Shown one piece after another: positions 25,501-39,094 of a DNA stretch of 64,000 nt. The position numbers were made by a program, and so were the translations under genes. The notes beneath the pieces are model-generated. The model was not told the DNA's origin. It ran no database searches and saw nothing but the letters and a program-made list of their open reading frames with translations. Numbering within the stretch: the stretch's first letter is position 1; each line of letters starts with the position of its first letter. Origin of the DNA: Nemertoderma westbladi (taxonomy: Eukaryota; Animalia; Xenacoelomorpha); contig JAUCBJ010005181.1 of the NCBI GenBank assembly GCA_032718475.1, positions 1-64,000 of the forward strand, given 5' to 3'.

Positions 25501-28500
25501 AGGGAACAGAAAACTCGTAGCTGGTAGGTTAGGAAACGGAAAACTCGTAGCTGGTAGGTTGGGAAACAGAAAACTCGTAGCTGGTAGGTTAGGAAACGGA
25601 AAACTCGTAGCTGGTAGGTTGGGGAACAGAAAACTCGTAGCTGGTAGGTTAGGGAACAGAAAACTCGTAGCTGGTAGGTTGGGGAACAGAAAACTCGTAG
25701 CTGGTAGGTTAGGAAACGGAAAACTCGTAGCTGGTAGGTTGGGGAACAGAAAACTCGTAGCTGGTTGGTTTAGGTAAGAGAACAGAAAACTCGTAGCTTG
25801 TAGGTTAGGAAACAGAAAACTCGTAGCTGGTAGGTTAGGAAACGGAAAACTCGTAGCTGGTAGGTTAGGTAACAGAAAACTTGTAGCTGGTAGGTTAGGA
25901 AACGTAAAACTCGTAGCTGGTAGGTTAAGGAACAGAAAACTCGTAGCTGGTAGGTTAGGGAACAGAAAACTCGTAGCTGGTTGGTTAGGGAACAGAAAAC
26001 TCGTAGCTGGTAGGTTAGGAAACGGAAAACTCGTAGCTGGTAGGTTAGGGAACAGAAAACTCGTAGCTGGTAGGTTAGGGAACAGAAAACTCGTAGCTGG
26101 TTGGTTAGGAATCGGAAAACTCGTAGCTGGTAGGTTAGGGAACAGAAAACTCGTAGCTGGTAGGTTAGGGAACAGAAAACTCGTAGCTGGTTTGTTTAGG
26201 AAACAGAAAACTCGTAGCTGGTTTGTTTAGGAAACAGAAAACTCGTAGCTGGTAGGTTAGGAAACGGAAAACTCGTAGCTGGTAGGTTAGGAAACAGAAA
26301 ACTCGTAGCTGGTAGGTTAGGAAACGGAAAACTCGTAGCTGGTAGGTTAGGGAACAGAAAGGTCGTAGCTGGTAGGTTAGGAAACAGAAAACTCGTAGCT
26401 GGTAGGTTAGGAAACGGAAAACTCGTAGCTGGTAGGTTAGGAAACGGAAAACTCGTAGCTGGTTGGTTAGGGAACAGAAAACGTGTAGCTGGTAGGTTAG
26501 GAAACGGAAAACTCGTAGCTGGTAGGTTAGGGAACAGAAAACTCGTAGCTGGTTGGTTGGGGAATAGAAAATTTGTAGCTGGTAGGTTAGGAAACGGAAA
26601 ACTCGTAGCTGGTAGGTTGGAGAACAGAAAACTCGTAGCTGGTTGGTTTAGGTAAGAGAACAGAAAACTCGTAGCTTGTAGGTTAGGAAACAGAAAACTC
26701 GTAGCTGGTAGGTTAGGAAACAGAAAACTCGTAGCTGGTAGGTTAGGAAACGGAAAACTCGTAGCTGGTAGGTTGGGAAACAGAAAACTCGTAGCTGGCA
26801 AGTTAGGAAACAGAAAACTCGTAGCTGGTAGGTTATGGAACAGAAAACTCGTAGCTGGTAGGTTGGGGAACAGAAAACTCGTAGCTGGTAGGTTAGGGAA
26901 CAGAAAACTCGTAGCTGGTAGGTTGGGGAACAGAAAACTCGTAGCTGGTAGGTTAGGGAACAGAAAAGTCGTAGCTGGTAGGTTGGGGAACAGAAAACTC
27001 GTAGCTGGTAGGTTAGGAAACGGAAAACTCGTAGCTGGTAGGTTGGGGAACAGAAAACTCGTAGCTGGTTGGTTTAGGTAAGAGAACAGAAAACTCGTAG
27101 CTTGTAGGTTAGGAAACAGAAAACTCGTAGCTGGTAGGTTAGGAAACGGAAAACTCGTAGCTGGTAGGTTAGGGAACAGAAAACTCGTAGCTGGTAGGTT
27201 GGGGAACAGAAAACTCGTAGCTGGTATGTTAGGAAACAGAAAACTCGTAGCTGGTAGGTTAGGGAACAGAAAACTCGTAGCTGGTAGGTTAGGGAACAGA
27301 AAACTCGTAGCTGGTAGGTTAGGAAACGGAAAACTCGTAGCTGGTAGGTTGGGAAACAGAAAACTCGTAGCTGGTAGGTTAGGAAACGGAAAACTCGTAG
27401 CTGGTAGGTTGGGGAACAGAAAACTCGTAGCTGGTAGGTTAGGGAACAGAAAACTCGTAGCTGGTAGGTTGGGGAACAGAAAACTCGTAGCTGGTAGGTT
27501 AGGAAACGGAAAACTCGTAGCTGGTAGGTTGGGGAACAGAAAACTCGTAGCTGGTTGGTTTAGGTAAGAGAACAGAAAACTCGTAGCTTGTAGGTTAGGA
27601 AACAGAAAACTCGTAGCTGGTAGGTTAGGAAACGGAAAACTCGTAGCTGGTAGGTTAGGTAACAGAAAACTTGTAGCTGGTAGGTTAGGAAACGTAAAAC
27701 TCGTAGCTGGTAGGTTAAGGAACAGAAAACTCGTAGCTGGTAGGTTAGGGAACAGAAAACTCGTAGCTGGTTGGTTAGGGAACAGAAAACTCGTAGCTGG
27801 TAGGTTAGGAAACGGAAAACTCGTAGCTGGTAGGTTAGGGAACAGAAAACTCGTAGCTGGTAGGTTAGGGAACAGAAAACTCGTAGCTGGTTGGTTAGGA
27901 ATCGGAAAACTCGTAGCTGGTAGGTTAGGGAACAGAAAACTCGTAGCTGGTAGGTTAGGGAACAGAAAACTCGTAGCTGGTTTGTTTAGGAAACAGAAAA
28001 CTCGTAGCTGGTTTGTTTAGGAAACAGAAAACTCGTAGCTGGTAGGTTAGGAAACGGAAAACTCGTAGCTGGTAGGTTAGGAAACAGAAAACTCGTAGCT
28101 GGTAGGTTAGGAAACGGAAAACTCGTAGCTGGTAGGTTAGGGAACAGAAAGGTCGTAGCTGGTAGGTTAGGAAACAGAAAACTCGTAGCTGGTAGGTTAG
28201 GAAACGGAAAACTCGTAGCTGGTAGGTTAGGAAACGGAAAACTCGTAGCTGGTTGGTTAGGGAACAGAAAACGTGTAGCTGGTAGGTTAGGAAACGGAAA
28301 ACTCGTAGCTGGTAGGTTAGGGAACAGAAAACTCGTAGCTGGTTGGTTGGGGAATAGAAAATTTGTAGCTGGTAGGTTAGGAAACGGAAAACTCGTAGCT
28401 GGTAGGTTGGAGAACAGAAAACTCGTAGCTGGTTGGTTTAGGTAAGAGAACAGAAAACTCGTAGCTTGTAGGTTAGGAAACAGAAAACTCGTAGCTGGTA

Positions 28501-31500
28501 GGTTAGGAAACAGAAAACTCGTAGCTGGTAGGTTAGGAAACGGAAAACTCGTAGCTGGTAGGTTGGGAAACAGAAAACTCGTAGCTGGCAAGTTAGGAAA
28601 CAGAAAACTCGTAGCTGGTAGGTTATGGAACAGAAAACTCGTAGCTGGTAGGTTGGGGAACAGAAAACTCGTAGCTGGTTGGTTAGGGAACAGAAACTCG
28701 TAGCTGGTAGGTTAGGAAACGGAAAACTCGTAGCTGGTAGGTTGGGAAACAGAAAACTCGTAGCTGGTAGGTTAGGAAACGGAAAACTCGTAGCTGGTAG
28801 GTTGGGGAACAGAAAACTCGTAGCTGGTAGGTTAGGAAACCGAAAACTCGTAGCTGGTAGGTTAGGGAACAGAAACTCGTAGCTGGTAGGTTAGGAAACG
28901 GAAAACTCGTAGCTGGTAGGTTGGGAAACAGAAAACTCGTAGCTGGTAGGTTAGGGAACAGAAAACTCGTAGCTGGTAGGTTAGGGAACATAAAACTCGT
29001 AGCTGGTAGGTTAGGAAACGGAAAACTCGTAGCTGGTAGGTTGGGGAACAGAAAACTCGTAGCTGGTAGGTTAGGAAACAGAAAACTCGTAGCTGGTAGG
29101 TTAGGGAACAGAAAACTCGTAGCTGGTAGGTTAGGGAACAGAAAACTCGTAGCTGGTTGGTTAGGGAACAGAAACTCGTAGCTGGTAGGTTAGGAAACGG
29201 AAAACTCGTAGCTGGTAGGTTGGGAAACAGAAAACTCGTAGCTGGTAGGTTAGGAAACGGAAAACTCGTAGCTGGTAGGTTGGGGAACAGAAAACTCGTA
29301 GCTGGTTGGTTAGGGAACAGAAACTCGTAGCTGGTAGGTTAGGGAACAGAAACTCGTAGCTGGTAGGTTAGGAAACGGAAAACTCGTAGCTGGTAGGTTA
29401 GGGAACAGAAAACAAACTCGTAGCTGGTAGGTAAGAGAACAGAAAACTCGTAGCTTGTAGGTTAGGAAACAGAAAACTCGTAGCTGGTTGGTTAGGGAAC
29501 AGAAAACTTGTAGCTGGTAGGTTAGGAAACGGAAAACTCGTAGCTGGTAGGTTAGGGAACAGAAAACTCGTAGCTGGTTGGTTAGGGAACAGAAAACTTG
29601 TAGCTGGTAGGTTAGGAAACGGAAAACTCGTAGCTGGTAGGTTAGGGAACATAAAACTCGTAGCTGGTAGGTTGGGGAACAGAAAACTCGTAGCTGGTAG
29701 GTTAGGGAACAGAAAACTCGTAGCTGGTTGGTTAGGGAACATAAAACTTGTAGCTGGTAGGTTAGGAAACGGAAAACTCGTAGCTGGTAGGTTAGGGAAC
29801 AGAAAACTCGTAGCTGGTAGGTTAGGGAACAGAAAACTCGTAGCTGGTTGGTTAGGGAACAGAAAACTCGTAGCTGGTTTGTTTAGGAAACAGAAAACTC
29901 GTAGCTGGTAGGTTAGGAAACGGAAACTCGTAGCTGGTAGGTTAGGAAACGGAAAACTCGTAGCTGGTTGGTTAGGGAACAGAAAACTTGTAGCTGGTAG
30001 GTTAGGAAACGGAAAACTCGTAGCTGGTAGGTTAGGGAACAGAAAACTCGTAGCTGGTAGGTTAGGGAACAGAAAACTCGTAGCTGGTAGGTTAGGGAAC
30101 AGAAAACTTGTAGCTGGTAGGTTAGGAAACGAAAAACTCGTAGCTGGTAGGTTAGGGAACAGAAAACTCGTAGCTGGTAGGTTAGGGAACAGAAAACTCG
30201 TAGCTGGTTGGTTAGGGAACAGAAAACTTGTAGCTGGTAGGTTAGGAAACGGAAAACTCGTAGCTGGTATGTTAGGGAACAGAAAACTCGTAGCTGGTAG
30301 GTTGGGGAACAGAAAACTCGTAGCTGGTAGGTTAGGGAACAGAAAACTCGTAGCTGGTTGGTTAGGGAACATAAAACTTGTAGCTGGTAGGTTAGGAAAC
30401 GGAAAACTCGTAGCTGGTAGGTTAGGGAACAGAAAACTCGTAGCTGGTAGGTTAGGGAACAGAAAACTCGTAGCTGGTTGGTTAGGGAACAGAAAACTCG
30501 TAGCTGGTTTGTTTAGGAAACAGAAAACTCGTAGCTGGTAGGTTAGGAAACGGAAAACTCGTAGCTGGTAGGTTAGGAAACAGAAAACTCGTAGCTGGTA
30601 GGTTAGAAAACGGAAAACTCGTAGCTGGTAGGTTAGGGAACAGAAAGGTCGTAGCTGGTAGGTTAGGAAACAGAAAACTCGTAGCTGGTAGGTTAGGTAA
30701 CAGAAAACTTGTAGCTGGTAGGTTAGGAAACGGAAAACTCGTAGCTGGTAGGTTAAGGAACAGAAAACTCGTAGCTGGTAGGTTAGGGAACAGAAAGGTC
30801 GTAGCTGGTAGGTTGGGGAACAGAAAACTCGTAGCTGGTAGGTTAGGAAACGGAAAACTCGTAGCTGGTAGGTTAGGGAACATAAAACTCGTAGCTGGTA
30901 GGTTAGGGAACAGAAAACTCGTAGCTGGTTGGTTAGGGAACAGAAAACTCGAAGCTGGTAGGTTAGGGAACAGAAAACTCGTAGCTGGTAGGTTAGTGAA
31001 CAGAAAACTCGTAGCTGGTTGGTTAGGAAACGGAAAACTCGTAGCTGGTAGGTTAGGTAACAGAAAACTTGTAGCTGGTAGGTTAGGAAACGTAAAACTC
31101 GTAGCTGGTAGGTTAAGGAACAGAAAACTCGTAGCTGGTAGGTTAGGGAACAGAAAACTCGTAGCTGGTTGGTTAGGGAACAGAAAACTCGTAGCTGGTA
31201 GGTTAGGAAACGGAAAACTCGTAGCTGGTAGGTTAGGGAACAGAAAACTCGTAGCTGGTAGGTTAGGGAACAGAAAACTCGTAGCTGGTTGGTTAGGAAT
31301 CGGAAAACTCGTAGCTGGTAGGTTAGGGAACAGAAAACTCGTAGCTGGTAGGTTAGGGAACAGAAAACTCGTAGCTGGTTTGTTTAGGAAACAGAAAACT
31401 CGTAGCTGGTTTGTTTAGGAAACAGAAAACTCGTAGCTGGTAGGTTAGGAAACGGAAAACTCGTAGCTGGTAGGTTAGGAAACAGAAAACTCGTAGCTGG

Positions 31501-34500
31501 TAGGTTAGGAAACGGAAAACTCGTAGCTGGTAGGTTAGGGAACAGAAAGGTCGTAGCTGGTAGGTTAGGAAACAGAAAACTCGTAGCTGGTAGGTTAGGA
31601 AACGGAAAACTCGTAGCTGGTAGGTTAGGAAACGGAAAACTCGTAGCTGGTTGGTTAGGGAACAGAAAACTTGTAGCTGGTAGGTTAGGAAACGGAAAAC
31701 TCGTAGCTGGTAGGTTAGGGAACAGAAAACTCGTAGCTGGTTGGTTGGGGAATAGAAAATTTGTAGCTGGTAGGTTAGGAAACGGAAAACTCGTAGCTGG
31801 TAGGTTAGGGAACAGAAAACTCGTAGCTGGTTGGTAAGGGAACAGAAAACTCGTAGCTGGTTGGTTAGGGAACAGAAAACTCGTAGCTGGTAGGTTAGGA
31901 AACGGAAAACTCGTAGCTGGTAGGTTAGGGAACAGAAAACTCGTAGCTGGTAGGTTAGGGAACAGAAAACTCGTAGCTGGTTGGTTAGGGAACAGAAAAC
32001 TCGTAGCTGGTAGGTTAGGGAACAGAAAACTCGTAGCTGGTTGGTTAGGGAACAGAAAACTCGTAGCTGGTTGGTTAGAGAACAGAAAACTCGTAGCTGG
32101 TTGGTTAGGGAACAGAAAACTTGTAGCTGGTAGGTTAGGAAACGGAAAACTCGTAGCTGGTAGGTTAGGGAACAGAAAACTCGTAGCTGGTTGGTTAGGG
32201 AACAGAAAACTTGTAGCTGGTAGGTTAGGAAACGGAAAACTCGTAGCTGGTAGGTTAGGGAACAGAAAACTCGTAGCTGGTAGGTTAGGGAACAGAAAAC
32301 TCGTAGCTGGTTGGTTAGGGAACATAAAACTTGTAGCTGGTAGGTTAGGAAACGGAAAACTCGTAGCTGGTAGGTTAGGGAACAGAAAACTCGTAGCTGG
32401 TAGGTTAGGGAACAGAAAACTCGTAGCTGGTTGGTTAGGGAACAGAAAACTCGTAGCTGGTTTGTTTAGGAAACAGAAAACTCGTAGCTGGTAGGTTAGG
32501 AAACGGAAAACTCGTAGCTGGTAGGTTAGGAAACAGAAAACTCGTAGCTGGTAGGTTAGGAAACGGAAAACTCGTAGCTGGTAGGTTAGGGAACAGAAAG
32601 GTCGTAGCTGGTAGGTTAGGAAACAGAAAACTCGTAGCTGGTAGGTTAGGTAACAGAAAACTTGTAGCTGGTAGGTTAGGAAACGGAAAACTCGTAGCTG
32701 GTAGGTTAAGGAACAGAAAACTCGTAGCTGGTAGGTTAGGGAACAGAAAGGTCGTAGCTGGTAGGTTGGGGAACAGAAAACTCGTAGCTGGTAGGTTAGG
32801 AAACGGAAAACTCGTAGCTGGTAGGTTAGGGAACAGAAAACTCGTAGCTGGTAGGTTAGGGAACAGAAAACTCGTAGCTGGTTGGTTAGGGAACAGAAAA
32901 CTCGAAGCTGGTAGGTTAGGGAACAGAAAACTCGTAACTGGTAGGTTAGAGAACAGAAAACTCGTAGCTGGTAGGTTAGAGAACAGAAAGGTCGTAGCTG
33001 GTAGGTTGGGGAACAGAAAACTCGTAGCTGGTAGGTTAGGAAACGGAAAACTCGTAGCTGGTAGGTTAGGGAACAGAAAACTCGTAGCTGGTTGGTTAGG
33101 AAACGGAAAACTCGTAGCTGGTAGGTTAGGTAACAGAAAACTTGTAGCTGGTAGGTTAGGAAACGGAAAACTCGTAGCTGGTAGGTTAAGGAACAGAAAA
33201 CTCGTAGCTGGTAGGTTAGGGAACAGAAAACTCGTAGCTGGTTGGTTAGGGAACAGAAAACTCGTAGCTGGTAGGTTAGGAAACGGAAAACTCGTAGCTG
33301 GTAGGTTAGGGAACAGAAAACTCGTAGCTGGTAGGTTAGGGAACAGAAAACTCGTAGCTGGTTGGTTAGGAAACGGAAAACTCGTAGCTGGTAGGTTAGG
33401 GAACAGAAAACTCGTAGCTGGTAGGTTAGGGAACAGAAAACTCGTAGCTGGTTTGTTTAGGAAACAGAAAACTCGTAGCTGGTTTGTTTAGGAAACAGAA
33501 AACTCGTAGCTGGTAGGTTAGGGAACAGAAAACTCGTAGCTGGTTTGTTTAGGAAACAGAAAACTCGTAGCTGGTTTGTTTAGGAAACAGAAAACTCGTA
33601 GCTGGTAGGTTAGGAAACGGAAAACTCGTAGCTGGTAGGTTAGGAAACAGAAAACTCGTAGCTGGTAGGTTAGGAAACGGAAAACTCGTAGCTGGTAGGT
33701 TAGGGAACAGAAAGGTCGTAGCTGGTAGGTTAGGAAACAGAAAACTCGTAGCTGGTAGGTTAGGAAACGGAAAACTCGTAGCTGGTAGGTTAGGAAACGG
33801 AAAACTCGTAGCTGATTGGTTAGGGAATAGAAAACTTGTAGCTGGTAGGTTAGGAAACGGAAAACTCGTAGCTGGTAGGTTAGGGAACAGAAAACTCGTA
33901 GCTGGTTGGTTGGGGAACAGAAAATTTGTAGCTGGTAGGTTAGGAAACGGAAAACTCGTAGCTGGTAGGTTAGGGAACAGAAAACTCGTAGCTGGTTGGT
34001 TAGGGAACAGAAAACTCGTAGCTGGTTGGTTAGGGAACAGAAAACTCGTAGCTGGTAGGTTAGGAAACGGAAAACTCGTAGCTGGTAGGTTAGGGAACAG
34101 AAAACTCGTAGCTGGTAGGTTAGGGAACAGAAAACTCGTAGCTGGTAGGTTAGGGAACAGAAAGGTCGTAGCTGGTAGGTTAGGAAACAGAAAACTCGTA
34201 GCTGGTAGGTTAGGAAACGGAAAACTCGTAGCTGGTAGGTTAGGAAACGGAAAACTCGTAGCTGATTGGTTAGGGAATAGAAAACTTGTAGCTGGTAGGT
34301 TAGGAAACGGAAAACTCGTAGCTGGTAGGTTAGGGAACAGAAAACTCGTAGCTGGTTGGTTGGGGAACAGAAAATTTGTAGCTGGTAGGTTAGGAAACGG
34401 AAAACTCGTAGCTGGTAGGTTAGGGAACAGAAAACTCGTAGCTGGTTGGTTAGGGAACAGAAAACTCGTAGCTGGTTGGTTAGGGAACAGAAAACTCGTA

Positions 34501-36894
34501 GCTGGTAGGTTAGGAAACGGAAAACTCGTAGCTGGTAGGTTAGGGAACAGAAAACTCGTAGCTGGTAGGTTAGGGAACAGAAAACTCGTAGCAGGTTGGT
34601 TAGGGAACAGAAAACTCGTAGCTGGTAGGTTAGGGAACAGAAAACTCGTAGCTGGTTGGTTAGGGAACAGAAAGGTCGTAGCTGGTAGGTTAGGGAAGAG
34701 AAAACTCGTAGCTGGTAGGTTAGGTAACAGAAAACTTGTAGCTGGTAGGTTAGGAAACGGAAAACTCGTAGCTGGTAGGTTAAGGAACAGAAAACTCGTA
34801 GCTGGTAGGTTAGGGAACAGAAAGGTCGTAGCTGGTAGGTTGGGGAACAGAAAACTCGTAGCTGGTAGGTTAGGAAACGGAAAACTCGTAGCTGGTAGGT
34901 TAGGGAACAGAAAACTCGTAGCTGGTAGGTTAGGGAACAGAAAACTCGTAGCTGGTTGGTTAGGGAACAGAAAACTCGAAGCTGGTAGGTTAGGGAACAG
35001 AAACCTCGTAGCTGGTAGGTTAGGGAACAGAAAACTCGTAGCTGGTTGGTTAGGAAACGGAAAACTCGTAGCTGGTAGGTTAGGTAACAGAAAACTTGTA
35101 GCTGGTAGGTTAGGAAACGGAAAACTCGTAGCTGGTAGGTTAAGGAACAGAAAACTCGTAGCTGGTAGGTTAGGGAACAGAAAACTCGTAGCTGGTTGGT
35201 TAGGGAACAGAAAACTCGTAGCTGGTAGGTTAGGAAACGGAAAACTCGTAGCTGGTAGGTTAGGGAACAGAAAACTCGTAGCTGGTAGGTTAGGGAACAG
35301 AAAACTCGTAGCTGGTAGGTTAGGGAACAGAAAACTCGTAGCTGGTTGGTTAGGAAACGGAAAACTCGTAGCTGGTAGGTTAGGGAACAGAAAACTCGTA
35401 GCTGGTAGGTTAGGGAACAGAAAACTCGTAGCTGGTTTGTTTAGGAAACAGAAAACTCGTAGCTGGTTTGTTTAGGAAACAGAAAACTCGTAGCTGGTAG
35501 GTTAGGAAACGGAAAACTCGTAGCTGGTAGGTTAGGAAACAGAAAACTCGTAGCTGGTAGGTTAGGAAACGGAAAACTCGTAGCTGGTAGGTTAGGGAAC
35601 AGAAAGGTCGTAGCTGGTAGGTTAGGAAACAGAAAACTCGTAGCTGGTAGGTTAGGAAACGGAAAACTCGTAGCTGGTAGGTTAGGAAACGGAAAACTCG
35701 TAGCTGATTGGTTAGGGAACAGAAAACGTGTAGCTGGTAGGTTAGGAAACGGAAAACTCGTAGCTGGTAGGTTAGGGAACAGAAAACTCGTAGCTGGTTG
35801 GTTGGGGAACAGAAAATTTGTAGCTGGTAGGTTAGGAAACGGAAAACTCGTAGCTGGTAGGTTAGGGAACAGAAAACTCGTAGCTGGTTGGTTAGGGAAC
35901 AGAAAACTCGTAGCTGGTTGGTTAGGGAACAGAAAACTTGTAGCTGGTAGGTTACGGAACAGAAAACTCGTAGCTGGTTGGTTAGGGAACAGAAAACTCG
36001 TAGCTGGTAGGTTAGGGAACAGAAAACTCGTAGCTGGTTGGTTAGGGAACAGAAAACTCGTAGCTGGTAGGTTAGGAAACGGAAAACTCGTAGCTGGTAG
36101 GTTAGGGAACAGAAAACTCGTAGCTGGTAGGTTACGGAACAGAAAACTCGTAGCTGGTTGGTTAGGGAACAGAAAACTCGTAGCTGGTAGGTTAGGGAAC
36201 AGAAAACTCGTAGCTGGTTGGTTAGGGAACAGAAAACTCGTAGCTGGTTGGTTAGGGAACAGAAAACTCGTAGCTGGTAGGTTAGGGAAGAGAAAACTCG
36301 TAGCTGGTAGGTTAGGGAAGAGAAAACTCGTAGCTGGTAGGTTAGGGTACAGAAAACTCGTAGCTGGTAGGTTAGGAAACGGAAAACTCGTAGCTGGTAG
36401 GTTAGGAAACGGAAAACTCGTAGCTGGTAGGTTAGGGAACAGAAAACTTGTAGCTGGTAGGTTAGGAAATGGAAAACTCGTAGCTGGTAGGTTAGGAAGC
36501 AGAAAACTCGTAGCTGGTAGGTTAGGAAACGGAAAACTCGTAGCTGGTAGGTTAGGAAGCAGAAAACTCGTAGCTGGTAGGTTAGGAAACAGAAAACTCG
36601 TAGCTGGTAGGTTAGGAAACGGAAAACTCGTAGCTGGTAGGTTCGGAAGCAGAAAACTCGTAGCTGGTAGGTTAGGAAACAGAAAACTCGTAGCTGGTAG
36701 GTTAGGAAACGGAAAACTCGTAGCTGGTAGGTTAGGAAACGGAAAACTCGTAGCTGGTAGGTTAGGAAGCAGAAAACTCGTAGCTGGTAGGTTAGGAAAC
36801 GGAAAACTCGTAGCTGGTAGGTTAGGAAGCAGAAAACTCGTAGCTGGTAGGTTAGGGAACAGAAAGGTCGTAGCTGGTAGGTTAGGAAACAGAA
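22574..36894 (+). repeat. Giant 30-bp minisatellite (AGAAAACTCGTAGCTG|GTAGGTTAGGGAAC), about 14.3 kb, roughly 475 copies, in CABLES intron 2
   Basis: Direct periodicity. Each unit is the last 16 exon nt plus the first 14 intron nt. Copy number is estimated as length/30. Confidence 0.98.
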
Positions 36895-36965
36895 CTACCG
36901 TAAGTTCGTATAGAAAAACAATACATATTTTTTATAAGCATTTTGCTGATAATGATGCACCTTAA

Positions 36966-37737
36966 GGGGGGTATCACCCCAAATCTATTTTTTTATTATT
37001 TTTATAGCTACTGTTCTGAAACTTTAACACAATTATCTGTGATCTTTAACTAAGAAAACTGAGATACCTTCGCAAACCATTTTGTTTGTAAAATATGGGA
37101 CTTTTTGTGCAACAAGTCGGTTTTTTTCAAAATTTGTAAAGATTTTGAGGATTTTAATGAAAAATATCTCATGTAGAAGGATCTGTAGTACCAACCGGGT
37201 TGCAGTTCTCGGTCCAAGAGTTTGGCCCAATGAACCTAGATTTTTTTTATGTAGGTTATCTTTTGTGAAAATTTCAACACAAAACTATTGGTATTTGAAA
37301 AATTTATGGGGGTTTTAGTATGTTCGGGCTATATTTCGGGCATCATATATTTTGAGATAGACAAGAAGAAGCAATTACATAATGGATCATAGAACATCCA
37401 AATTGACATATGTTACAAAACCAATACTAAGGATTGTAGCCCTATAGATGCTGAACATTTTGGTATATGTTTGATAAAAATTGAGTGAAAAATAAAAAAG
37501 TAGTAGGGAATTTAGTGATGATAATCGGCAAACTGAGAAAAAGGTTGTTTTATGCAGAGAGTCATGAATATTAGCTATAAATTGTTATTGAAAAGTTCTG
37601 TTTTGTGGTGGAAAATTATTCAATGGTCAAAACCGATGTCACCACGTGAAAGCCCTTCTATCAAACCACAAAATTAGAAGAAAAAAAAATTTTCAGGAAA
37701 TTTTAAAATTTTGCAGTCGCAGGGGGTGATACCCCCC
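36966..37737. mobile_element. Non-autonomous DNA transposon with TTAA TSD and GGGGGGTATCACCCC TIRs (Kolobok-like termini)
   Basis: TTAA at 36962-36965 and 37738-37741 flanking a 15-bp TIR that starts with purines. Confidence 0.8.
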
Positions 37738-37861
37738 TTAAAATCGGAAAACACATTTAATAAATCTGATGAAAAAAAAAAGACTGGGGAAAGACTGGGG
37801 GATTTTTTACATTATTATTATTTACCGCCCATATTTCCTATCTATGTTTTCATCACTCTAG

Positions 37862-38070
37862 GTGTCACCCTCATACTCTCGGCTAAGATGAACGACACAC
37901 GCGGACCGGATTTGGTGAAACTCATAACTACCATATGTTCCACCTACCGTTGTAGTCACAGAGACCTCATAGCGATGGAGTTCCCCGTCATTGTTTCTTT
38001 AGAGTTTCGGTTATTAGTTCCACATTGGGAGGTTCTCTCCCATTATAATAGACTAACACACCGCACCTAG
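37862..38070 (+). CDS. CABLES: CABLES exon 3 (end of cyclin box)
   Basis: Acceptor ctctAG, phase 1, gives RKLVAG-VTLILSAKMND..DLIAMEFPVIVSLEFRLLVP..EVLSHYNRL; total 433 aa; AATAAA at about 38166. Confidence 0.92.
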
Positions 38071-39094
38071 ACCATGATACATATATGCTGCTCTATTGTC
38101 AGCATTTATTTTTGTGCTAGTCTACAGTAACCCGCGTTTGGTGCTTATTTTTTTACAAACATTCTAATAAATATGTCAATTTTATAATATATAATATATC
38201 TATGAATATCAACCGATCTCAACACTTTCATACAACAACAAGTTATTTTAACGGGCTGTTGAGGTAAGCTCTATTGAAGTAAGCTCTGGTGGGTCAATTA
38301 GCATTCTGGTTCAATCCAAGTGGTGTGGCATGCCTTATATTTATTATTCGTAGCCCCAACACGTGTGAGCCTTAGTAAATTCGTTATTCATGAACAAAAT
38401 TGTCTCAAGTCAGCGGTTTATGTATTTCTGTGTATTTCAGTCAAGAGTTCTAAAGGACATGCAGACTATGATCTTTATTAGTTTTGACAATTATGTTGTA
38501 ATTGCCCGATGTTACATTACTGGCTAAATCTGAGTGAGAATTCTGCGATTATTAAAATTGTTTGTTAGTAAAATTGTGGAAGTTACAAAAGAGCGAACAG
38601 ATAATGAGAACAAAATAAGATTTATCAATTGCCAAATTTAAACCATCAGTAAAAAACAGTTGAATTCCTTCCCAACAGTCCCTTTCCAATAACTGAATAA
38701 TGTTGTAGTTCGAGTGGTCTAACATATCGTGTCTGCAGTGTGGTGTTGGGTTTGGCAATAAGCTTCTGCTACAGAGGTTATACAATGCCTCGTTGTGAAG
38801 TGAGCATAGCATCCTTCTCTCCTATGTCATGAACCCTGCGAGACATCCTGGTTTATGGCCTGCCATCTGTATACCATCGAGGGATAAGGTGTGTATTTTT
38901 CATTGAGAGCCAGCATGGGCTACTCAGGTTCTACTGCTGCCTGAAATAATGAAATTCGCTGTTTCCATTACCACGTTATGATGGAAACAGCGAGAGACCC
39001 CTTGGTTTAATGGTTAACAACAGAGGGACCGAAGTAAAATACTGCACTGTATTCATAATATGAAGGGGAGAATCTTTCTTTTTGGCTCATTAAG

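Noticed and set aside
22574-36894. Telomeric or interstitial telomere array because units contain TTAGG(G)
   Set aside because: Only one isolated hexamer per 30-bp unit, inherited from the intron start; no (TTAGGG)n run
22531-36965. Many long ORFs of (GNRKLVAGRL)n or (FPNLPATSFL)n
   Set aside because: Translations of a stop-free 30-bp repeat, broken by frequent 1-nt indels; not independent genes
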